A DNA stretch of 64,000 nucleotides from Amphiscolops sp. MND2022 (taxonomy: Eukaryota): contig OZ076409.1 in the NCBI GenBank assembly GCA_964187785.1, positions 53,012,001-53,076,000 on the forward strand, read 5' to 3'. The notes under the pieces are model-generated. The model did no database searches. It was not told the DNA's origin and saw only the letters and a program-made list of their open reading frames with translations. Shown piece by piece: positions 1-10,604 of the stretch. The position numbers were made by a program, and so were the translations under genes. The first letter of the stretch is position 1, and each line of letters opens with the position of its first letter.

Positions 1-1206
1 TGGTTGTGATTGCGATGTAAACACTCATGTAACTCCCTAAATTAATTAGTGCAATCAATATTAGACTATGTTGTTGCTACAAACACCGGTCTGGAAGACC
101 TATCCGGCTATGCCCACCAGTTAACATGTACAATCTGTGGCCATATCAGATAAAGATTAACATATGCAATAACATGTAATACTGTTGCTTACTAGCCAAT
201 TCTGTCTGTTAACGGGGCACGTGCCGACACAGGATTGTTAGCATTCCCCGAATATTAGCGGCTTGAGTAATTTATTTGATGTTATTTGATGCACTGCGTG
301 CCTTTCAAATGTTTACTAGTGTTGTCGAAACAAAAATTTGAATGGCCGCGTGGTTTTCCTGATAACATTTCAGCGGCACTTTGATGTTCATATAGCTGTG
401 TAAATCAGGTGCCTCCGGAATGTAGTCATCACATTTTTTAAGTATTTGTACTATGTATGTCACGCCCGAGGCAGTATATATAGGAGCTACTCCCTTGGGT
501 AGACACAATTTTGTTCTGCTCCTTAAAATCAGTTTGTAAAATAACCTTCTGTTACAAACCTCCAAACAAGATACTATTTCCTGGTGTTAAATAATTTATT
601 ATTTGACCAGGTTTATCTCAATGCCTACAACTAGAAAACAGAAGAAAGCGAGAAAGTCAAGAGGACTTGAAATGTTGTCAGATATCGAGAATTTAGATAT
701 TATGTAAGGTGAGAATCACTTCAATGCAAGGGAGAGAGAAAGTAGTTTAAATAGCAATTTGCCCAGGAGATCCAGAAGCTTTGCGAGCAATGAATCCGAA
801 AATGAAGATGGGGACATAGGTAGAAATCAGAGAAATGTTAACTCTAGAACAAATGCCGAATGTGACCGAAATTCAGTTACAGGCAACTCTAGTGCTGAGA
901 TGAACAGGTTGTCAAGTGAATTAAATTCTCGTATTTCACGAGAAATGGACGAGATGATGAATTCTGGGAGTGTCCAGATACAAAGGGCCATAAGTGATGC
1001 GATAAGTACGCAGGTGCTTCCACAAATCCAAAATGTAATTATGGCCGGATTAAGACACGGGACCAGAAAGGGATGGGACGTTCCGTCTGAGAGACCGGAA
1101 CTAAATTCCGAAGTTCAGCGAAATCTAAACGCAAAGAACAACTTGAGAAATGAACAGGATGAGAACCAGTTAAACAATGATTACCCTGATCTGAATGTTC
1201 ATGACA
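1..1206 (+). mobile_element. Diverged LTR (3' or solo, left end outside window) of a relative of the 2149-21328 Gypsy family, with a broken gag 5' segment
   Basis: ATG at 621 begins MPTTRKQKKARKSR as in gag at 3405; premature TAA near 705; ORF 759-1211 aligns to the Gag N-terminus (NRLSSELNSRISREMDEMMNS); TATA-like GTATATATAG near 474; similarity ends at ...CATGACA 1206 with no PBS after it. Confidence 0.85.
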
Positions 1207-2148
1207 GTTGATAAAAAGGGGTGAAACTCACTTATCCGACTGATTGAATTGGAGAAGGAGGACATTAGCGTGAGAAAAATGTAGTGAATATTAGATTCGA
1301 AAAGTCCTCTCGATATAGCAACAAAACTTTGAGAATAGGTAGAACCAACACTTGAAAACTTTGCAGCGGCATAGAAAAATGATGTAATAGTGGTAACACG
1401 CCGAAGCACAGAATTGCACGAAAACGAAAGAATTCAACGTGATAGAAAAAAAAATCAGAGAAGGTCGGATGCCGAGCAACAGAAAGAAGATAAAAACTCT
1501 TCATGAACCGAACAAAGTGACTGAGATACGAAATACACGAAATGAACAAAAGTTGAAAGAAATCTAACGACAGACAAAATAAAAACGATCAAGAAACCAG
1601 AGCCCCCCGCGAATACGAATATTTGAAATCATCACTTGGAGCCGTGCACGACATGGCAAAAATGTTATCGAAACTCCCATAAACGACAACCTGACCCAGA
1701 AGGTTCTCGTCGAGACGAAGACTTGATTGGATGGACTTGGGAAGGCGAAAAGTGTTTTAAAGAGACAAAAACAAAGGGTAATAAAAACACCATGTCTAGT
1801 ACATCACGCAAGAGACAAAGATAGTATCCCTAGTAAAATGGGACTTAGTATCACACTTTTGCAGAGACAAGAAGACAATATTTAATTAATCGAGAGTGTA
1901 AATCGAACATTACGAGTAAACCGGTTTACAGTTCCCACAGAACCGAAGATGACATCAATTGAATTACATCACGGTAGTAAAACGATTTACCAAACATTGT
2001 GAAAGACAGAAAACGTTAATCATCTGATTGTTCTGAACTGTCTTTTTGAGCACCACACAGGTTGAAATTAGTGATCTATGTCGGCCTGGATGCTGATTGC
2101 AAATTTACCTATCATATTTTGATTTCAAGAACTAAAGCCGACAAAAGG

Positions 2149-3996
2149 TGTCGCAGGCTGCCGCCTGTGACGGCACGACAGTAACTACTTCGGCAGTTGG
2201 TCAAGAATATGTACCCGGAACCTTACCTATTTATTAAGAACTTACAATTGATATCAAACTTTCACGCCATTTTGTTATTTTGTGCATTATGATCATTGAT
2301 GACGTTCACTTTATATACAATTAGTCTGTTAAATCTAACAATTGGAAATTTCAATCGAGTTGATGGAGTTGTAAAGGCGCTAATTTAAAGCGATAGAAAA
2401 TACAATGAAACGAGCGACTGTAAGGCAGTATAGGAAACGAGTTCAAGTGACGTACGGCAATGTACCGGCAGCGTCACTTGAGCACGTTACCTTAACCAAT
2501 CATATCGCAGTATGCAATCTCGTTTGTTGATGCTATTTAATTAATGGCCGAGTAAGGCCAGTTGCCGCGCTTTTAATATTCTCTTTTGGTACACTGGTCA
2601 AATGGCCGGTTCCGTCCCATTAGTTCAAGACTGAAATAAGGTGATAATTTAACATGAAACAAGTCATGTTTGTTGAGTTTGTGTTTTCATAATAGCCAGA
2701 TCTCTGTTCATAACTGATGCTTCGTCTTAATACTCAACCTTTTGTTAGGCCCTTAAGGCCATATTTCATTAGTACTTGCCTATTAATTAGCCGGCTATTT
2801 CCGGCCATTGAAATTGTTACGTTCCTTTGAAAAGTGATGTAGTACATATATTTGGGGCTAATCGGTTAATCAACGCATACAATTATTAATATGACAATTG
2901 GCCGTATTAGGCCTAATAACATGATGTGCTTCACACTGTTGCAAAGCTAATTTTAGGTCACGTGGTGGCACGTGCCTGAAAGGAATGTGTGCAATGTTAT
3001 TTATATTCATGATGAGTACTAGTTCCTTTGATAGACGGAAATTTCATTTGATGCACTAGTAAATATTTTGATGCCGCCTTTGATGAATGAATAGTTGTGA
3101 TTGTAAAATGTTAGGAATTTTCCCAATCGGGACATCACCCTAAAATAGTTGCTTTGAAGTATTAATACCCGATGCCGTAATAATACTTGTCACATGACCC
3201 GTTGAGGACATAACCACATGATATTATCTTCATCAAAGAATCCGTGGAATGTAAGTGTCATCTTTCAGGAGTATATATAGTTACTTTCCTGCAAAGGGAC
3301 ACACAATTTCCATAACCTTGCTTTGATAAAGATCGATTTATTACAACGACGTTTGTCAGTTTTCCGGTTTTAATAATTGAATTATTCAACCCGGTTCAAT
3401 TTCAATGCCTACCACAAGGAAACAAAAGAAAGCGAGAAAATCAAGAGAGGCAGAAATGTTGTCAGATATTGAGAATTTAGACATAATGCTTGGAGGAAAT
3501 CATTACAATAGAAATGAAAGAAGTGATAGTCTAAATAGTAACCAGGCCAGGAGACCTGGTAGTCCTTTTGGCGACGAATTTGAAAATGAGGATGAAAATA
3601 GGTTATCTAACTCTGAAAACAATGGACCTAGTCCAAATGCCGAATTAGGCCAGAACTCAGTTAGAGGTAGTTCTAATGCTGAGATCAACAGATTGTCGAG
3701 TGAGTTGAATTCCCGTATATCTCGGGAGATGGATGAGATGATGAACAGCGTCAGTGTGCAGATTCAAAGAGCTATAAGTGAGGCAATTAGTAATCAAGTT
3801 CTTCCCCAGATTCAAAATGCCCTTATGGCCGATTCCGGACATATGACCAAAGAGAGATGGAACGTTCCGTCTGAGAGACCGGAAGGATATTCTGAAGTTC
3901 TGCGTAATTCAGACTCTAGAAACAATTCGAAGAGTAAGACACTTGGTGACCGTCAGAAGGACGGATTCACATTATCGGACACCCGTGCTTACGACA
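2149..3996 (+). repeat. 5' LTR (1848 bp)
   Basis: Near-identical to 19481-21328 (offset 17332); one mismatch noticed by eye (3231 C vs 20563 G); TG...CA ends. Confidence 0.97.
3271..3280 (+). promoter_or_regulatory. Probable LTR TATA box
   Basis: GTATATATAG about 130 bp upstream of the gag ATG; the same motif occurs at similar positions in related LTRs (~474, ~42928). Confidence 0.6.
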
Positions 3997-5126
3997 TGGT
4001 GACAGGAGCAAACGAATCTCCAATTGAAGTTCCTGAGTTTCTCACAGGACGAATGCCATCCACTAGTCATCTCAACAGATCCTGTGATGACCTTCCGCTG
4101 CTCGACACGACGATCCCAGCACAAGAACGACCCGCTCTGGCATCAGAACAAGACCCCATCAATAGGCTAGCAGATGTTTTAACTAGTATGCAGAACCGCC
4201 CAACGGCCCAACAACTCACTATCCGCCCAGTCAACTCCAACACAATGACATTCGACGGAAAAAGTGAGAAGTTCGAGCTGTTTGAGGATTTATTCCATAC
4301 GATGATCAAGATGCAGCCTGAGATGACCGAACAAATGAAAATCAATCACTTCCATTCCTTACTGCGAAAGAATGCACTCCAAACATTTAGAAACATCAGC
4401 AACGCCAATAGACAAACTCTTGAGGATGTACTTGTTATTTTCAGACGAAAGTACGTCAAACCTGAATCTCAGGCAACTGCAAAACACAAATGGCATCGCC
4501 TAGTCTTTGACCCTAACACGACCAAATTGCCAGACTTCCTTGAAGAGCTTAACCAAGGAGCAGAAAAAGCCTTTGGAGACAATGCCCAAAAAATGATCGA
4601 CAGTCTCCTATACGCAAAACTGCCACCAAAGCTCAAAAGATCAGTCAACATGGCTAGACTAGAGAATGGCTCTTACGATGAAATCGTCGCTCATCTGGAA
4701 AGAGAACTGGAACTGAATGCACTCGAGGAGTCTGATGACCTACCTATAGCGTCAATGACATCTTCGGTTGGCAAGACAAAAACTGTTCCTTCCAATGTAC
4801 AGATGAGTGACATAACGTGCAATTATTGCAAGGAAAAGGGCCATATGGTCAAGGATTGCGAGAAACTGAAGAAGAAAAAAGAAAAAGATGCCCAACAAGG
4901 CAAACAGACTCAGAAAAAGACGTACCCGGAGTGTGGCACTTGTGGTAAAAAGAACCACCCCGAAGAAAGATGTTGGCAAGGCGCTGGTGCACATCTCAAA
5001 CCCAAACGCACCAGACCAGATGACGCCAATGATGGTAAGCCCCATTCAAAGGCGCAGAAACCACAAAACAAATCAACATCACCAAACTCCCAATCCTCAT
5101 CCTCTAATGATGAGTCAAAAAACTAA
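3405..5126 (+). CDS. gag: Gag (573 aa) with two CCHC zinc knuckles; first ~197 codons lie within the LTR
   Basis: Capsid-like region (FDGKSEKFELFEDLF); knuckles CNYCKEKGHMVKDC and CGTCGKKNHPEERC; upstream of pol. Confidence 0.95.
   Translation: MPTTRKQKKARKSREAEMLSDIENLDIMLGGNHYNRNERSDSLNSNQARRPGSPFGDEFENEDENRLSNSENNGPSPNAELGQNSVRGSSNAEINRLSSELNSRISREMDEMMNSVSVQIQRAISEAISNQVLPQIQNALMADSGHMTKERWNVPSERPEGYSEVLRNSDSRNNSKSKTLGDRQKDGFTLSDTRAYDMVTGANESPIEVPEFLTGRMPSTSHLNRSCDDLPLLDTTIPAQERPALASEQDPINRLADVLTSMQNRPTAQQLTIRPVNSNTMTFDGKSEKFELFEDLFHTMIKMQPEMTEQMKINHFHSLLRKNALQTFRNISNANRQTLEDVLVIFRRKYVKPESQATAKHKWHRLVFDPNTTKLPDFLEELNQGAEKAFGDNAQKMIDSLLYAKLPPKLKRSVNMARLENGSYDEIVAHLERELELNALEESDDLPIASMTSSVGKTKTVPSNVQMSDITCNYCKEKGHMVKDCEKLKKKKEKDAQQGKQTQKKTYPECGTCGKKNHPEERCWQGAGAHLKPKRTRPDDANDGKPHSKAQKPQNKSTSPNSQSSSSNDESKN
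3997..4008 (+). promoter_or_regulatory. Primer-binding site TGGTGACAGGAG (tRNA-Leu-like)
   Basis: Directly abuts the LTR CA end; same 12-mer at 43162 (+) and at 58449 and its duplicate (-); one mismatch to the complement of the metazoan tRNA-Leu 3' end (TGGTGTCAGGAG). Confidence 0.85.
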
Positions 5127-8100
5127 CTTCGCCACGACTCCAATATAACCAATTAGTCTCTGTCCGACAATACATCAAATCGGACCCTCCAACTCAAAGC
5201 TTTCATAACTATCAGCAGCAACTGATGGGCTACCCTTCTGTTGTCTGGCAGCAACAGATGGAAAAAGCTACCATTATTACCTATAATAATACCCATTTGT
5301 TCCAAAAACCAATTCCTGTATGGGACCCTGATTACACATCTGCTTTCAATAGCCGATTCAGGCCCATTCCCTTGGTAGATGACTACAATCCTACCTACAT
5401 AGATCCTGACTATGGACGAGATCCCTATTGGGACAACGAGCTTTATAACCAGGATTTGCTGCAATTCCAATACGTTATTGATGATATAGAACTCTATAAC
5501 AGATCAGTCCATGACAATCCACCAATCACCCATAACAAGAAAACCAGAGCATTGATTGAAACATGGCAGATGAATGATGGTACAAGCCATCCGGTATTCC
5601 CAAACCCCTTGGGGACCGAAACCTCAGACAAACAAGAAGAAACAATACCACACTCACTACTTGATGAAAGTCAGTTCCAGAACATCCTCATCACCAGAGA
5701 AGGAGAACCAGACTGTATTCCTCTGTCCACCAACATAAACTTGAAATGCAAAAAACGCATGCTGTATTTCCCTATGGACTTTGGGGAACTGACCATAGAT
5801 GGACTTATTGACACGGGTGCCTTATCCAGTGCAATCCCTGAAATGGACCTCCGGAAAATCAGGCTCCTATCACCGCAATCAGTCATCCGGGAAGGTCCAC
5901 CTCCGAATTTCCAGATAATGGTCGCAAATGGGCAACTAGAGACTCCAAAGAGTACTATAGAGCTCAAATTTGAAGTTGGTGACATAGAATTCCATGAAAT
6001 TTTCATAGTAATGGAACACTTGACAGGACCAATTATAGGACTGATGTTCCTACAGAGAAACCATACAGTTTTGGACATGAGGCAAGGAATACTGAACTTT
6101 CCATTCTTTTCGATGCAGCTCAAAACAGCTGATCACAAATACTCGAATGTACTTGAACCAATTTTGAACCCTACCGAAATAACCATTCCGCCAAACGACA
6201 GAGTCCTAATTAGGACCAATTCCCTATTGTACCCTGAAAACACGGTCACAGGGATCTTACAACCGAGCGACCTTCTTCATGAAGAAGGAGACATCACATT
6301 CTGCCCAGCCCTGGTTACTTTGAACGATGGCAATATACAGATACCGGTGAATAATTTCACAGATCACCCTTACAAGCTCAAAAAGGGACTCCATATTGCC
6401 AGCTTCTCAGTCATGACGCCAGAGCAGATGAAATACGTCAAACCAATAGACCCAGCTTCAACCTGGCATTTGTTACAAAATGACCAAGAACAGGCAGCCC
6501 ATTACGTCAGTAGTCTCATCAAGACTAACAGGAATCCACAAAATACCGAAAACTATTGGTTCCCAACCCCAGAGAACCCAGGGAACCCAGAAGAACATAC
6601 ACCAATCCAAAAAAGGATACTCCGTGAATTACAAGCCCTACAGGACCTAGAATCACTCGATCCCACAAAGGATGAGGAATCTAAGGCAAAATTCCTAGAA
6701 AACTTTGACTGGAAAGACTCCACATTGACACCTGATGAAAAAGAGAAAATTGAACAATTACTAGTGGAGTTCCATGATATCTTTGCAAGACATAGATTCG
6801 ACATAGGCATGAATGAGGAATTCAAAGTGAAGTTGACACCCAAGGACGATTCCCCAGCCTACAGCCAAAGCCTCCCTGCGCCGATTAACCTGAAGGAAGA
6901 CATTTTAGTCGAATTAGCCATGCTTCACAAATATGGCATCATAACTACCCTACCGTTCTCGAAATACGCCAGTCCAATATTTGCACAAAAGAAACCGAAT
7001 GGGAAACTGAGACTTCTGGTTGACTTGAGAAAAATCAACAACCTAATCTCTGATGATTATATTAACAATAATCATCCAGTCAGTACCCTAGTCGATGCCG
7101 CCCAACACATGGCAGGCAAGAAACTCTTTTGCAAGTTAGACTGTTCACAGGCGTATCATTGCCTTCCCATGGCCGACCAACGTTCAATCGAAATGCTGGC
7201 CTTTAACTTTGCAAGCCGCACATTCGCCTACAGACGACTGGCACAAGGCCTTAGTAGGGCACTGTCCGCATTCTCCAGCTTTATGAGAGAGTACCTAGAC
7301 AAAGTCATAAAAGCGGACCAATGTGCACAGTATGTAGACGACATTGGCATCGCAGCCAATGACGCCGATCACCTTATTGCTAACCTGAGAGCAACTTTCA
7401 AATGCATCCAGGAGGCAGGCCTTAAATTGACAATGCACAAGTGCCATTTTGGTGCCACAGAAATCGATTTCCTTGGCAGGACAATAACCGCACAAGGCGT
7501 CAAGCCCCAACGGCAGAATGTTCAGAATTTCCTAGAAAAGACCAAATTTCCGAAGTCGAAAAAGGCTCTACAAAGATATTTGGGTTTCTTGAACTACTAC
7601 CGGAATTATGTCCCAAGACTGTCTGAACGCCTTGCTCCGTTCTACAGGATGCTCAAGAGTGACGAAAAAGTCCTAGTGTCCAAGGAACTAGTTCAACAAT
7701 TTGAGGAAATCAATCGAGCTCTGGACAAATGCTGCGACTTGGCCCTACAACAACCCATCCCGAACAAACAAATTGCCCTAATGACAGATGCAAGTTTTGG
7801 TGCTGCAGGATATGCAGTACTCATCGAAGATGACCCGAGTCAGAAATTCACGTCAATCCGCAAATCATATGCACCGGTCGCTTATGGTTCAAAAACCTTC
7901 ACCCCAGCCCAGATAAAGATGTCGATTTATGCAAAAGAATTTCTGGCGATCTACTTCGCATTTAAAGAATTTGGATATATCTTCTGGGGAGCGCCGAAAC
8001 CGGTCATAATCCTAACTGACAACAAAGCCGTAACAAGATTTTTCCAAACGAATATCGTACCCCCAGCCCTGTGGAATGCGTGTGACTATGTAATTCAGTT

Positions 8101-10331
8101 CAATTTTGTCATCGCGCACATCCCAGGAGCACAAAATACGGCAGCAGATTATTTATCTCGATTGGAAGCCGAACCGAAGGACAAATTAGTCATGAAAATC
8201 CGCGAAGACGTACAAACTCTGCCAATAGAAATAAACGTCCAATCAGCCGGAGTCTCACAGGAAGAGCAAATCTTCTACACAAACGACGATGATGAGACTG
8301 AAGAACAATATTGGGCGAGAAAAGAAGCAATCAGGAAAAATCCTGTAAATGAAGAACCTACTGTTACAATACAAACTCTCTATACCAACTTAGTCAAACA
8401 ACAACCTGAAATACAAGTCCGACTGAGGAAAACCAACCTGATAATTATTGAGCAATCCAAAGATACAGTATTGCAACAACTGAAGGCGAAGCTCCTTCAT
8501 GAAGAGTACTCAGAAAACATACTGCAACAGGATGCTCGATACAGACATTATGCTAATAATCTGGAAAGAATTGTCATCAAGGAAGACATCCTAACAAGGC
8601 AATATTTTGACGAAACCGGGAATATAAAATATCATCAAATTCTTCTCCCGCAACACTTGCTGCCAGAATTGCTTCAGTCCCTACACGGGACAGCCCACAA
8701 GCACCCAGGCATCTCAAAGATGCTGCAGGAGATCAGACAGAGATATTATTACCCTAACATGGCGAAACATGTCAAAAAGTGGGTAGAAGGGTGTGAACAA
8801 TGTGCGAAGGACAAACGAGTCCCAAACGCAACAATCACGCCTGAACTACTCAATTTGCCCGAATGGGACCTTGGACCTGAAGACGCCATGCAAATCGACT
8901 TATTGCCGAATCTTCCCCCAAGTGGAGGATACGAAAATGTTTTAACTGCAATTGATGTCTTCTCTCGATACTTGTTTGCTTATCCTCTTACAGACGCATC
9001 AGCGATCAATGTAGCTAAAGCAATCATTGATATTATGACGAAACATTCTTACCTACCGACGACGCTCATTACGGATAAAGGAACTGCCTTTACTTCCACG
9101 ATCATTGCGGAAATTACACAGATTTTAGGCATTACCCTAAAATGTGCAACGACGAAACACCCGCAAACCATCGGGAAATTAGAGCGAACGCATGCCTCAC
9201 TAAAAACGAACCTGAAAATGGCATGTGGGGAATATCGCCAACAATGGCATAAATATTTTGCCTTTAGCAGTTCTCAACCATAACACAAGTTATCATGCCA
9301 GTATCGGATGCGAACCCACAAGAGTGTTCCATGGGAGAATCCCATACAACATCTTGGACCACAAACTTGGAATGAATCCAAATGAGCAAATCCATCCGAC
9401 TACTGAATTCGCAGAAGAAATCCAGAACCGGACCAAACTCCTTATTGACAAAACTAAACAGAACATCATGCAGTCATATATCAAATATAAGGAGTATTAC
9501 GACCGAAAAGCAAAAGCCGCCCCACTCAAAGAGGGCGATTACTGTTTTGTATTACAGCCGAAAGCGGATCATCAAGGATCAAAAATTCCATTCAGGGATT
9601 ATCGTTGGGTTGGACCATTCATAGTCCAAAAGACCTTACCTAATGAGAATTACATTGTCCGAAGGCTTAATACAAATAAAACGCAGATATTGCATCGAAT
9701 TCGTCTCAAAAAGTTTGTGCCAAATCAACCACTTGAGGACAATTTCCGAGAACAGCGTCTACAGCCGGATGACGAAATAATCATTCCGCAAGACGACTTG
9801 TATGTAATAACGTGGGAAACAAACTTTGGCGAACAACTAGACACACGAGGCAGCGAGCCTATTCCGACCAGCTTGACGAATGACGAACAGCAGACTACGG
9901 CAGAACCGAATGCAAGTGACGCAAGCGAGAATGAAGTTGATTATGTAATCACGAGTGACGAATCAAATTTCACTGACCGCGCGTCGCATAGCCGGAATGA
10001 ACGATTAATTGATGACGTCACTAAAAGAAATAAAGCTACTGAAGCTATTAGAAACGACGAATTTGATTGGCCAAATCCGGCCGTTTCCCCAAAAACCCAA
10101 GAAAAATCTGTGCCGAAAACGGCTGAAGGACTAAAAGACGATGCAAATTTTCCAGAAAGAAATTTGATGAATGAAAAAGATGCAGAAAATTCTCCAAATA
10201 GGGGGGATGATATTATCGTGCCCGAAATATCACAAAATGAAGAAGGAAATGAAAATCTGAGTCCTAGAGCTGGGAAATATAATCTCAGGCCTAATCCTAC
10301 CCCTAACTACTCAGAAGACTTTAGATACTAA
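5114..10331 (+). CDS. pol: Pol polyprotein (protease, dUTPase-like insert, RT, RNase H, integrase with GPY/F-type motif); one frameshift near 9256-9259
   Basis: LIDTGA protease, YVDD RT, TDAS RNase H, HHCC and D-D-E integrase in ORF 5225-9283 (frame open from 5114); integrase tail (WVGPF) continues in ORF 9225-10331. Confidence 0.95.
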
Positions 10332-10604
10332 AGGAAAGATTAAATTGTGCCCGAAAACGGACGCCGAACTATCTTTTCTCTTCCTTTTATCATTATTTCT
10401 TTTCTTTTCAGTCCCAGAAACTGGTATTTTTTGAATAAATATCGGGACGTTTGACAATGATCCCTTCAAGGGAATAATATGGGATCAAGAAATTGGCAAC
10501 AAATGGAATACAAATAAATGCAACAACAAGAAATAAAAATATAACAGAAACGGAAAGAAATCAACAAAGTTTACAACTGGTTGTACATAATTACATATGT
10601 ACAT

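Noticed and set aside
1207..2148. Short ORFs or a next host exon between the two LTRs
   Set aside because: No recognisable motifs or convincing splice-bounded frame; probably decayed repeat sequence.
4888..5148. Overlapping 86-aa ORF as the gag-pol bridge
   Set aside because: It is in the +1 frame and stops at 5148; pol is in the -1 frame, reachable at A_AAA_AAC.
3503..9624. Many short antisense and alternate-frame ORFs over gag-pol
   Set aside because: Shadow ORFs of a long coding region, without motifs or splice support.
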